A DNA stretch of 64,000 bases. Source: Chiloscyllium plagiosum. Lineage: Eukaryota. The translations under genes and the position numbers were made by a program. The stretch spans positions 10,737,831 to 10,801,830 of the forward strand of contig NC_057751.1 in assembly GCF_004010195.1 (NCBI RefSeq), read 5' to 3'. This document shows positions 52,036 through 64,000 of this stretch, one piece after another. The notes under the pieces are model-generated. The model ran no database searches. It worked only from the letters and a program-made list of their open reading frames with translations, and was not told the DNA's origin. How positions within the stretch are numbered: the stretch's first letter is position 1; every line of letters starts with the position of its first letter.

Positions 52036-52946
52036 GTGAGTACTAATCTACTGGGGGTGGTGTGCTTGTGGGAGATAATTCAAACTTAATAAAATTGTGA
52101 GCTGAATATTGTATAATCCTGTAAATCCTTGTTAATAGTCTGACATTTTCACTTTAAGTGACAACTTTGTAGGATAGTCCAGATCTCTGTCATAATTTCC
52201 ACTTGGACCTGTGATGGATTGAATAGCTTCTGCATTGCGTCATGTTGTAATTTCTGATGGCTGAGTACTGTCATTCAAATTGATGTTTGCCCATTTCCAA
52301 GCATTTCAGTTATTGGATAGTGAGGCTGACACTGAACTGCTTTCTTTACCATCAGCATCACATTGTCTCCAGATCATCACAGGTTGAATGGACGTCAACA
52401 TTCCTTTGAAAGTAAACAAACAATGATGGCCTGGCTTCTTTCTCTTCATGATGAGAACCAGGGAAACAAGATCAGCAGGAAACTAGAAGATTGGGAAAGC
52501 TTTAAAGGTCAACAGAAAGCCACAAAACAAACTATAAAGAAAAAAAAAATGAGCACAGAATGTAAAGACAGATGGCAAAAGTTTCTATAAATATGTAAAA
52601 TGAAAAAGAGTGGCTAAAGTAAATATTGGTCTTTTAGAAGATGAGAAGGGGTGTTCAGCTATGGGATATGATGAAAAGGCTGAAGTATTGAATAGGTATA
52701 TCGTGTCAGTCTTCACAGCGGAGGACACTAATAACATGCCAGTAATTGACAAAGAGACTAAGGTAGGTGAGGACCTGGAAACAATCATTATTACAGAAGA
52801 TGTAGTGTTGGGCAAGCGAACGGAGCTAAGGGTATTCAAGTCTCCTGGCCCTGATGGAATGCATCCCAGGGCACTAAAAGAGATGGTGGGAGAAATAGCA
52901 AGCGCACGTGTGATAATTTTCCAAACTTGGCTTGACTGTAGGACAG

Positions 52947-53517
52947 GAGAAAGTGAGGACTGCACATGCTGGAGATCAGAGCTGAAAAATGTGTTGGTGG
53001 AAAAGCGCAGCAGGTCAGGCAGTATCACAGGAGCAGGAGAATCGACGTTTCGGGCATAAGCCCTTATTCAGGAATGAGGAAAGTGTGCCAAGCTGGCTAA
53101 GATAAAAGGTAGGGAGGAGGGACTTGGACTTGGGGGGGCGGGGGGNNNNNNNNNNNNNNNNNNNNNNNNNNNNNNNNNNNNNNNNNNNNNNNNNNNNNNN
53201 NNNNNNNNNNNNNNNNNNNNNNNNNNNNNNNNNNNNNNNNNNNNNNNNNNNNNNNNNNNNNNNNNNNNNNNNNNNNNNNNNNNNNNNNNNNNNNNNNNNN
53301 NNNNNNNNNNNNNNNNNNNNNNNNNNNNNNNNNNNNNNNNNNNNNNTTAAGGTGAGGGTGATAGGCCGGAGAGGGGGTGGGGGCGGAGAGGTCGGGAAGA
53401 AGGTTGCAGGTCAAGAAGGCGGTGCTGAGTCTGAGGGTTGGGACTGAGATAAGGTGGGAGGAGGGGAAATGAGAAAGCTGGAGAAATCTGCATTCATCCC
53501 TTGTGGTTGGAGGGTTC
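52947..53517 (-). mobile_element. Neptune-type PLE 3' end (subfamily A) nested in CR1
   Basis: Reverse strand TLQPQGMNADFSSFLISPP (GIY-YIG C-terminus), then the pLTR with attcCTGAATAagggcttatgcccGAAAcgtc; 8-bp TSD taggacag (52939-52946 / 53518-53525). Confidence 0.85.
53146..53346. other. Assembly gap (201 N)
   Basis: Run of n immediately after a G-tract. Confidence 0.99.
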
Positions 53518-54847
53518 TAGGACAGTTCCGGCAGATTGAAAAACAGCAAATGTGATGCCACTGTTTAAAAGTGAAAGTAGACAAAAGGTGGGGACTTAGA
53601 GTCTGGTTAGCTTAACCTCTGTCAGAGGGAATAGAAATTGTCCCGTTGGGGAGATGCAGCCTGGGTTCATGAAGGACTGGTCATGCTTAACAAATCTTTT
53701 GGAATTCTATGAAGACATTACGAGCAAGATGGACTACGGGGACCCAGTAAATGTGGTGTACCTAGATTTCCAAAAGACCTTTGACAAGAGGCTGCTGCAT
53801 CAGGTAAAAATGCATAGCATCAGGAAGTAAAGAGTGGGAATAAATGAGTGTTATTCTGGTCAGCAGTCAGCAACGAGTGGTGTGCCTCAGGGATCAGTGT
53901 TGGGACTACAATTACTCACAATTTATTTTGATGATTTGGAGTTGGGGACTATGTGTAGTATGTCAAAGTTGACAAATGACACTAAGATGTGCGGCAGAGC
54001 TAAATGTGCAGAGGACTGTGAAACTGTGCAGACGAAACATAGATACTTTAGGTGAGTGGGCAAAGGTCAGGGAGATGAAATACAATGTTAATAAATGTGA
54101 AGCCATCCATTTTGGTAGGAGTAACAGTAAAAAGGAATATTACTTGAATGGTACAAAGTTGCAGCATGCACGAATCACAGAGGGTTGGTCTGCAGGTACA
54201 ACAAGTAATTAGGAAAGCAAATGGAATTTTGTCCTTCATTGGTAAAGGGATTGAGTTTAAAAGCAGGGAGGTTATGTTGCAGCTGTACAGGGTGCTGGTG
54301 AGGCCACACCCGGAGTACTATGTGCACTTTGGGTCTCCTTACTTGAGAAACAATGTACTGGCAATCGATGGTGTGAGAGAATGTTCACTAGGTTGACTCT
54401 GGAGTCGAGGGAGTTGGTTTATAAGGAGAGACTGAGTAGACTGGGATTATATTCATTGGAATTCAGAAGAATGAGGAGGGATCTCACAGAAATATATAAA
54501 ATTATGAAGGGAATAGATAAAATAGAAGTAGAGAGGATTATTCCACTGACAGGTGAGACAAGGACTAAAGGGCATAGCCTCAAAATTAGGGAGAGGAGAT
54601 TTAGGACTGAGTTGAGAAGGACCTTCTTCGCCCAGAGGGTTGTAAATCTGTGTAATTACCTGCCCAGTAAAGTGATTGATGCTACTTCAGTAAAGCTCAA
54701 ATAGAATTTTTGAACAGTAAAGGAATTAAGGGTGGACTGTGGCTAAGTGGAGCTGAATCCACGAAAAGATCAGCCATGATCTTATCGAATGGCAGAGCAG
54801 GATCGATGGGCCGGATGGCCTACTCCTGCTCCGAGTTCTGATGTTAA

Positions 54848-56170
54848 GCTTCTTGAGTGTTTTGGAGCTGGATCCATCCAGGCGAGTGTGGAATATTCCA
54901 TCACACTCCTGATTTGTGCCACAGAGATGGTGGACAGGTGACTTCATTCTGTTGCAAATTGCCAGAAACTGACCAGCTCTTGGGATATGGCTGTACATTT
55001 GCATTTCTGGCCAGTGGTCACTCCCCACAATGTTGCTGATTGGGCGTTCAGTTTCGGTAATGTGACTCATTGTCAAAGAGAGGTCAATTCCTTTTTCTTG
55101 GGAGTATCATTGCCTGGCATTTTCACAGTGTGAGTGTCACTTTCAAATTCTCAGCCCAAGCCTGAACATCATCCAAATCTTTGTGCACTACTGCAGTTTC
55201 TGAGCAGTTGGAGATGATACTGAACACTGTGCAGTCATCAGTGAACATGGCCATTTCTGGCCTGACGCTGGTGGGAAGGTCATTAGTGAAGCACCTGAAG
55301 ATGGTTGGGCCAAGGACATAACTCTGAGAAACTCTTGCAGAGATGTTCTGGGACTCCAGCAGCTACAACCATTTTCCTTTGTGCTAGATATGACTCCAGT
55401 CATTGGATACTTTCCCTTTTGATGATATTGACTTCAATCATGCTAGGGCACTGGAGAGTGTCTGGAACAAGGTGGCCTGACGAAAACTAAATTGAGCATT
55501 GATGAACAGGTTATTGCTGTATAAGTTCAGTTTGGTTGATACGACTTTGTGTCACTTGGCTTGTGATTGAACATAACCTGATGGGGCAGTAAATAATCAG
55601 GCTGGATTTGTCCTGCATTTTTAAGGTCAGAACATTTCTGGTCAATTTCACATATTGCTGGTGGGTGCCAGCTCTGGACATGACTGGTTCTCAAGCATAG
55701 GTTTTCAGCATTGCAACTGTTGTGCTTGGCCTTTGCTGAATGTGCTGTCTTGAGTCATTGCTTGCTATTATTTATTGTGAGGCAAACTGACTGAAGACAG
55801 CAGTGAGATGGTTGAAGACTGATGTCTGTGCTGCTGGAGACATCGACAGGAGGTCATTGTCACTGTGACATTTGATATTCTCACTGAAGCTGATTCCAAA
55901 TGCTTCAGTCTTGTTGTTTGCACTGACATGCTGGGCTTTGCCGTCAGATGATCGAGATGCTTGTGCAACGATTGCACCAGTTCAGTTTTGAATTGTTGAC
56001 CACCACTTGTGACTAGACTGCAGAGCTTTGAATGATCAGTTGGTTTGGGTGTCATTTCACTCTGTTTGTAGCATGCTGCCGTCACTGTTGAGCAAGCATG
56101 CCACCTTGTGCAGCTTTGGTAACTTGGTATTTTTACCTTCACTGCATTGGCTTGATACAGCTTCATGACT
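54848..56170 (-). mobile_element. Decayed CR1/L2-superfamily LINE RT region (same family as 47195-48047)
   Basis: Reverse strand gtccttggcccaaccatcttcagg...ccttcccaccagcgtcaggccagaaatgg matches 47857-47935; ggagtgtgatggaatattcc gives an SVMEYS-like motif. Confidence 0.75.
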
Positions 56171-56309
56171 TCCCAGCCCATTTGTTAATCAGTCACGTGG
56201 CACACCAAATCAGAATGGCACATTTCCTTCCTTCAGTGTTTGAGGGTTATAAATTGGCAGTTTCATAGTGATCGTTATTGAGACGAGGTCAGTTTTTATT
56301 TGAGATTGA

Positions 56310-56760
56310 TGAAATACATGTAACACCCTGTGTGAACTGTTTGGAACAAGGTCAGTCATGTGGATCTCTTGGAATCTGAGTTCCCTGATGGGGGCTGTTA
56401 ATCTTGGAGAAATTGAGGACTGCAGATGCTGAAGAGTCAGAGTCGTAAAGTGTGGCGCTGGAAAAGCACAGCAGGTCAGGCAGTATCTGAGGAGCTGGAG
56501 AGTCGACGCTTTGGGCTGAATAGCCCTTCACTCTTTACCTTCTCGGATGCTGCCTGACCGGCTGTGCTCTTCCAGTGCCACACTTTTCAAATCTGTTAAA
56601 TCTGGTCTAATCAAGGAGCCCTGGCTGATAGACATAAACAGGAATGTCAGAGATTCTGTTCACCCTGAGGAAGCTGGATTCGGGGCAAGGACTCGACTTG
56701 AGTAACCCGAAATAAAGGGTGACTTGGTGGTGGGATACTGGCCTCTGAGGAGTTATTTTA
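56310..56760 (+). mobile_element. LTR-like element (TGAAATA...TATTTTA) split by a hairpin PLE
   Basis: Short terminal inverted motif, AATAAA at about 56711, 3' end homologous to 14944-14990. Confidence 0.55.
56405..56592. mobile_element. Foldback PLE 3'-end element, subfamily A
   Basis: aaagtgtggcgctggaaaagcacagcaggtcaggcag / ctgcctgaccggctgtgctcttccagtgccacacttt; TSD-like ctgttaatct / ctgttaaatct. Confidence 0.8.
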
Positions 56761-57560
56761 CCTTGCTGCAGTGGTAAGAGTTGAAGTCATGTCTCTGGCA
56801 TATGCAGTCTATTCCTCTGAATAATTTAGCCAACAACATGACCACTGATTTTTAATTCCCACACTGTTTACCTCACAGCAGACATGTACATGTTTCCAGA
56901 ATTGCAAGATGGAATGTATTGGGCTGAGAACAATCTGTAGCCCTTCTTTTCCTGTTATACTCTGTACCCTCAACATACCATCAGAATATGAATGGCCCCC
57001 AGCCACTTCTAAGCAGAATGCAACAGCATTTACAGAGACAGTGCAAACAACCCAGATTGCAAATGTGTCAACAGATCACAGTACAGTGTACATGGAGACA
57101 GAGGGAAAATGTGCATCTGGACTTGATAGTAAATCAGTGATTATCTTCAGTTTTCCAGCATATTCTGCAAGATCCTTTTTATGCTGCTTACTCATTTGTC
57201 TGCAGACAACGAAGGAATTGTTCAGTGTCACTGCCTCATATTGCTCATTCGTTAGATCAGTTCTTACTATCACAAATTAGAAAAGGAATTCAATGGAGAA
57301 AAATCTGCACTGCAACACATACACACAGAGACACACAGATGGACAGTCAGACGGATGGTCATGCGCACACCCACACAAACATGGATGCAGACAGAAACCT
57401 AACTCACTGCAGAATGCTCACAGAGACAAACACATACACACTCTGTCACTAAAGACAGCAGAGTCTTGAAGAGGAATGGTAAAATTGTCTTCCTTTAGGC
57501 TTTTGTGCCAGTCGACAGGTTTCTCTTTGTTTTGGCTGGCTCTGTAACTTCAATGAATAA

Positions 57561-58345
57561 TTTATTTATTGTCACTCGCATTTTTTAGTGAATAGTACAG
57601 TAAATGGAGTGACAACTTCAACATTTGCCAGAATGTGGCGCCATTTTGAATAGTTTAAGAATAAAAAGCAGAAAAGATACAACTGAAAAGAGTTTTGAGC
57701 CCTGAGCCAGCTCACAAACAACACCTGTGGCACCAACCCCCTTCCACTGCCTGTGCCGGACCCAAGCTTGGACTCACCACGCTTTGGGCACCATCTCTTT
57801 GGTGCTGTGCCCATCCTGCTGCCGCTGCTGCCGGGTCCCATGCTGAACCCACATGCCCCGCAACCAGGGGTCATTGGTTTGCTGACAGACCAGGCCGTCA
57901 CGGACGCTGTTTTGCTAAGAGTTCTGCTCTGGTTGCTCTCCTTTGATATATCGCCTTGCCGGCACCGCCAACTTTAAAAGGCTACTGCCATCACCACCAG
58001 CTCCAATTGTTGGAGAAGGTTCACCTCCTTTGTCAGCCCCGAATGCAGGGAGAACATCCCTGATGCTGCTGCTGCTGCCACCACCTCCAGTCTCTGTGAG
58101 GAACCACGTCTGCTGTTGCCTCTGAATGCCAGGAGGAGTTACCATTCCGTGCACGTCCTGCTTTAGCTGTCATGCCGATTTCACTGACTAAACCACTGCA
58201 AAAGGCTGCACAGAAAAGAAAATCAAAAGGAAGAAAATGAAGGAAAAGCGTAGAAGTAGAAAGAAAAAAAGGAGAGCATGCGGGAGTGGATGAGCCCCAG
58301 GCATGACCTGCATGCAGCCCTGCTACTCTGCTGCCATCTTGAATC
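57561..58345 (-). mobile_element. Putative non-autonomous retroelement with a CAAGATGGC start and Rex1-like tail
   Basis: Reverse strand begins caagatggcagc, then a pyrimidine tract and GC-rich body, and ends aaaatggcgcc...tttactgtacta...gtgacaataaataaa. Confidence 0.55.
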
Positions 58346-59489
58346 TCTCAGTGAGATTCTCACTTACTCTTTTGATCTTTCAAGTGTTAGCCAGTTTGCT
58401 TGGAGTCCTTAAGCTGTGGAATTCCCTTATTAAAACACTCTGCCCCTCCGACCTGTGTTAAAACATTTCTCAAACCTTCTACTTCTGGTCAGCAATACTT
58501 ATATTTCTTATATGGCTCAGTGCCAAATTTTGTTTCATATCTCTCTTGTGAAGTGCTGTGGAGCATTTTACTAATTCACAATTGTTACTGGACTGCAAGT
58601 TGTTGTTCACTTGAGCTCTCCCAGTTTTGTTGATTACTGGGGCACCTTCGCTCCTGCAAGACTTGTGGCAAATTGTGCCATAACTTGCAGAACTCACGCA
58701 GCAACATGCAGTACAAGTTTAGATGTTTCAAAGCTATTGAATCATACCCAATAACCATGGTCCATTTTTCATGCGTTGCCATCGCCTGGTAACTTGTGAT
58801 GATCACATGATAAAAATGCTTAAACAACTTGAAAAGGTAACTATGATTTGACAGATGTGGACTCTAAATAGATTTTACACTGGTGTGAAGGAGTCACCGG
58901 GATAGCCTTTTAAGCAGGCAGGTTCATGGACGAAATCCATTTATGGCTTTTGTCAACTGAAAGTTGGCTTTTAGCAATGTGTGCACATGGGAGAACTACT
59001 CATCATCTCAAAGGTGCATGTTGCAATGAGACAGTCATTTGTGTGCCTGTTTCATATTTGGCCGTTGTTCAGAGAACTTGACCATCAGTCATTGATCACC
59101 AAGTGTGGATTTTATTACTGCACAGCAGTTTGATCACCAGACAGCTGCAGGCACGACTTGGTCTTATGGGTTGAAATCAGTGAAAGAACATCACTGAATG
59201 GGTCAGTGACCCATGTCTTTTTCTGTATGTATATTTTTCTGCTGGTTCATTTGGTTTCCCTCAACTAACATCATGAGGACATTTGACCTATTCATTCATC
59301 TCCGTGTCAAAATAAAAGGGAAAAAAGGAGCTTTGGGTGATTTGATGGGGAAACTCTTAAACATTTGAAAATTATGAGCGATGTTTTGTAAGACTCAAGT
59401 CTCCAAAGTCCAATCTATATTCATGTTGACAGCCACACGCAGCCAATCTTGACCTGACTCTGAGACTGTTTGCACGGAGACTGTAAATC

Positions 59490-60055
59490 ATTAAAACCAG
59501 GAGCAAGAGGCGACCCTTTGCCCTTTAATCCTGCTTTGCCGTTCAATATGATAATGGCAGAACTTGTATCTCAATGCCATATTACTGTTTTCACTTCAAA
59601 CCCCCCCTTAATGCCTTCAACGTCTGACGAAATATCTCTATTTCTTGAATATATTTAGGGACTTGGCCTTCTGTGGTAGGGAATTCCACAGGATCACTCT
59701 GCTTTGGGAGAAGACACATTTCCTCATCTCTGTCCTAAATGGTTTACACTGTAACCTGTGACTGCTACCCCTGATTGTAGAAACCCCAACCAGGGGAAAT
59801 GTTCTCCCTGCATCTCGCCTGCCCAGCCAGTTAGAATTTTATATGTTTCAGTCAGATCCCTTCTCATCTTCTAAATTTGAGTGAAAACAGGCGTTGCTGA
59901 GTGAACCTTTGCTGCTGTCCATCCCTGTTCTTTTTTCGGTCGAGAGACCAACTTGATACAATACTGCCAAGTGTAGTCTCCCCAAGGCCCTGTATAACTG
60001 CAGGAAGACGTTCCTGTTTCTGAACTGGAATCCTTTTGCAGTGCCGGCCAACATC
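59490..60055 (-). mobile_element. CR1 LINE 3' fragment, decayed
   Basis: ORF 59848..60054 KGFQFRNRNVFLQLYRALGRLHL; tail aggagcaagaggcgaccctttgccc. Confidence 0.75.
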
Positions 60056-61994
60056 CTAATTTCTGAGACAAACTCTTATTGGTGCAATGGTGGTGATCCA
60101 GAAGGCCCAGTTCAAGACCATCCTGCACCAGAAGTGTGTAATAACATTTCTTTGAGCAGGCTAATTTGAAACGATTTTTTATTGCCTTCCTAATTGATTA
60201 TCTACTTTTCACTGACTTGGGCAGACCTGGGTACCATGTCCCTTTGTGCATCCATATGTCACAATATACCACTATTTCAGTAATATTCTGCTTTTCTGTT
60301 TTGATACCACAGTGTAGAACGTAATTTGGACGTTTAACCATGTTCTGCATCTGCCATGTTTTTCTACTCAAGATGGTTTTACCACACATTGGCAGAGAAC
60401 TGGAGATCATTTGACATTCTGCAAAAAGAAGCACCTCATTGTATTTCATTTAGTCCTCTGCTTACATTACTTAAGTCATGTTCCCTGGTCCACCAAAAAT
60501 TTTCTGGAATCCACCAGGTCTATATATCATACTCTGACTGTTTTATATGGATCTTTCCAATAAGTCCACATTTTGGCTTTTCTGAAGTGAAAAAACAACC
60601 TTTCTACTGATGACCTTGAAACTGTGGATCCACATTGAAGTCCTTTTGTAGATTTATACTGAGGCCTGCATATATCACATCACAAAAGGAACCAAATTTG
60701 ATGTGGTAATTGAGAAAGGCTCTGACTTTGATTCTCAAAAGGATATTTTTAGCTTTCTATTTAATCGCTTTAACGAGACATTATAATGTTTTTAGCTTTG
60801 AAATTACTGTGTCACCTATATGAGGCCATCACTGACTAGTGAATGATCATCTCTGGTTAATCTCCCACTTAGAAATCTTGAAGACACAACCTGTTTGGAG
60901 ATGCCCAACCCAGCTGTTTGTCATGACAGTGACCTACATTAAGAAGCATCTGTTCGCCCCGGTGCACACACCTCCATGAATTCTCTTGTCCATTTGAAGG
61001 CTCAAAGACATGAGAAATAGGAACAGAAGTAGGCTGTTCAACACTTTGAACCTGCTCTGCCATTTAGTAGGATGGTGGCTGACCCAACATTCCTCACGTC
61101 TGCCTTCATGTCATGCACAAGCTTGAGGGGGGACAGTTGCCCCAATGCCTTGATACAGATGTGGGTTTCTCGTTCTGAGTAGTCTCCCTGCACAGCAACC
61201 AATTACTGTCTCCAGGAAGCAAATAAAGATCTCAACCAATTAAGGACCTGAGTAACAAGTGTTGTGCATGCCCTTTGAAAGTCTTAACCGTCAATGTGGA
61301 CATGGCTTCCAACATGTATTAACTTGGAAAATTTTCAAATATTTCAACAAGCTTGTTGCGAGAGGCCATTTCTCCTTCAATGCAGTGCATGAATACAGTG
61401 TCACATTTCTTTCTTGGTCAAGCTGAATGTGTTATTTACCACCAATAATTCTTTCTTAGGCACCAAGCCTAATATGTGAGTGTGCAGTTTCCTGGGTTTG
61501 GACATTTTGAAGGATGGGTTATGCATGGGCTTCTTTCCTGTCAGTGACACTGATGCCAGACTACAGCCTCAAGTTTAATGCATTCAAGTGGCTCATGGAG
61601 CACCTGTGGATGAATGCCAGCAGTGATCATTTAGAAATCACTAATTCTTATTAAAAATTCATCTGCATTTAGTTTGACACATTTGATTTGAATATCAGCT
61701 TTTCAGTGTGGTATTGATCACATAGCGTCGTCGTCAGCACTGGAGGCTGGTGCAAAGGAGCGATTTAAAATCCCTGCACGTGCCAGGGAATTTCATCTGA
61801 CAGCTTAACCTTCTCTCTGATCTTCTTCATGGTCCTTCAGCGTTCTGTGCCCTATGTTCATACAAGGAAAATGACCACTGCCGCAAGAGTTTGGAGTGAA
61901 CTATGGTCTAGGCATGGGCATGTGGCAGCCTCCTGGCTGTTAAAACATGGATTGTTAACTTGGCCAAACTGCAAGGCATGCTGGCTGTACCCTT

Positions 61995-62379
61995 CACCTG
62001 GAGGAAGAACACCTCATCTTCTGCTTTGAAACCGTACAACCACACAGCATCAATGTTGACCTCGCTAGTTTTCTCATCTCCCCTCCCCCCACCTTATTCC
62101 CAGATCCAAATCTCCAACTTGGCACCACCCTCTTGAACTGTCCTACCTGTCCATCTTCCTTCCCAACTATATGCTCCACCCTCCTCTCTGACCTACCACC
62201 ATTACTTCCCCCCACCCACCTACATCTATCCATTACCTTCCTCTACCCCCACATTCCTGATGAAGGTCTTATACCTGAAACGTCACTTTCCCTGCTTCTT
62301 GGATGCTGCCTGACCTGTGCTTTTCCAGCGCCACATTTTTCAACTCTGATCTCCAGCATCTGCAGTCCTCACTTTCTCC
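61995..62379 (+). mobile_element. Neptune-type PLE 3' end (subfamily A) with a hammerhead-like motif
   Basis: LEEEHLIFCFETVQPHSINVDLASFLISPP (GIY-YIG C-terminus), C-rich UTR, attcCTGATGAaggtcttatacctGAAAcgtc, terminus tgcagtcctcactttctcc. Confidence 0.85.
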
Positions 62380-62433
62380 TATGCTGGGTATATTAACCAA
62401 GTATAACTGTGAAGTCACAAAACCCACACACTA

Positions 62434-62740
62434 GGGGACAGCATAGTGCCAGGAACCGGGATTTGATTCCAACCTCGGGCAACTGTCTGTGTGGAGTTGG
62501 TACATTCTCCCCGTGTCTGTGTGGACTTCGTCGGTGCTCTGGTTTCTTCCCACAATCCAAAGTTGTGCAGGTTAGGTGAATTGGCCAAGCCCCAGTGTTC
62601 AGGGATGTGTAGGTTTGTTACATTAGTCAGGGGTAGAGTAGGAGGACATGGGAATGGGTCTGGGTGGGTTACTCTTTGGAGGGTTGGTGTGGAATTGTTG
62701 GGCCAAATGGCCTGTTTCCACACAGTGGTGATTCTATGAA
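62434..62740 (+). mobile_element. HE1-type SINE
   Basis: gtggagttggtacattctccccgtgtctg...ggtgaattggcca...gggccaaatggcctgtttccacacagt...gattctatga. Confidence 0.85.
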
Positions 62741-63810
62741 ACACAGCAGCCAGGTGTTAATGTCATTACCATTATGTGAAAGGCAACTGTTACCCTGGAC
62801 AGACATATCCTCAAGAATGTCTCAACCAAACAAAGCAGGACCCAGACAGAGAGGCACCAGGTGCTGCTCCACAAAGAAACAAACAGTAGCAGGCCATTCA
62901 AATGATTGACAATGTTTCAAACTATTAAGTGTGTCTCCCTGATTGGCCAGGACTGCAGAAAGTTCCAGAAAACCATCCAAAATTGTAGAAAAATAGGGTT
63001 CACCTGCAGGCCAAGCTCTCGCAACCACTCTCTTGAATCTTCTGGAGGCTTTCTGAGGAGACTAGCGTGGTAAGAGGCAGAGACGAGCTGACTATCTGAA
63101 GAGAGAAAAAGAGAAAGCAAGCTTCACAGACCAGATTCAGAGCCAGAGAGACAAGGACTGCATAAAACTGCAAGTGATTTGGGAAGTGTTGTTACCTTGA
63201 GGGACAAATAGAATTACAGATAGCTTGTTTGGTGTTAAAGGTTATTGTACCTTCTTTCCTCATAAAATTGGGAATGATGTGCATTGATATTGGCTTGAAT
63301 TCATAATGATTTGACCGCTTCAGTATTCTGGAACACCTGAGCAAATTCATTCATAACATTCTGGTTCAAGTTGTCTGATTTGTTTTAAGGAGGAACTAGA
63401 CAACAGTCATCATTCAAAATTTGAAAAACTGTTGACCCTAAAGTCACTATGTAATCAGTTTGTGTGTCTCTTAAGATTATTCTTCTCAAAACAGGATGTG
63501 ACATATTTGGAGCATGCTTGCGTTCTTGATGTCTGCTATTGTTTTGCTTTACTTGTTTCTTATTCCTTCTGCCCATATTATTTTACCATCTTAAGACTTT
63601 TGATTCTCACAGCACAGACGGAGTCAGTTTGGTTCACTGTGCTTTTGCCAGTTCCTGTTTCCTGTTCATGACTTACTCTCTTCATTTCAGATTTCCATTA
63701 TTGGCAGTATTTTATCAGATTGACCAATCTCCTGAGCAGCAGGAATGGGAAAGGAGGTCAGCTGATACCAAAGCATGAATCCTTCAAAGCTCGTCTCTGT
63801 TCAGAGTTAA

Positions 63811-63900
<90 letters not shown>

Positions 63901-64000
63901 TAAGTTGTTTAATCAGTCATTTTCAGTGACAATGTAGGATTTTTGGATTCTACCAGATTGTCACCAGCACCCTGTACATCAGACATCATGGTCATTTCAT

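Larger units (their letters stand above)
52460..54845 (+). mobile_element. CR1 LINE, decayed ORF2 to 3' tail, interrupted by a PLE
   Basis: KSPGPDGMHPRALKE, SGVPQGSVLG, RKANGILSFI...LYRVLVRPH.EY, RLGLYSLEFRRMRRDLTEIYKIMKG; tail gggccggatggcctactcctgctcc. Confidence 0.92.

Noticed and set aside
62750..63420. Possible LTR-like or promoter-like segment
   Set aside because: Compositional impression only; boundaries and TSD could not be defined.
63691..63778. Alternative acceptor or extra exon just upstream of the 63834 exon
   Set aside because: An AG with a pyrimidine tract exists, but there is no kinase-like peptide or convincing donor, and the flanking exons already join in frame.

Overview
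Vertebrate genomic DNA, not prokaryotic. The repeat content (HE1-type V-SINEs, CR1, Rex1/Babar, Deu-domain-like SINEs, Penelope-like elements) indicates a cartilaginous fish, probably a shark. The whole window lies inside a + strand CaMKII gene. Three short coding exons (26093-26152, 51981-52035, 63834-63899) have canonical AG/GT boundaries and splice in frame to (D)[59 protein letters not shown](S). The HSNIV residue points to CAMK2B. Everything else is intronic and rich in retroelements, and nearly all ORF-track entries are spurious or decayed TE fragments. The most notable signal is a recurring set of short Penelope-like (PLE) 3'-end insertions from several subfamilies. Many are foldback hairpins flanked by 8-16 bp target-site duplications, and in several the symmetry axis sits next to a minimal hammerhead-ribozyme motif (CTGAnGA-stem II-GAAA-CG-TH), placing hammerhead-like cores back to back on both strands. 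Also present: solo LTRs (one with a perfect 4-bp TSD), multi-layer nested insertions, an unexplained ~145-bp inverted repeat, and a 201-N gap. All alignments and family calls were made by eye from recalled consensus features, with no database search.
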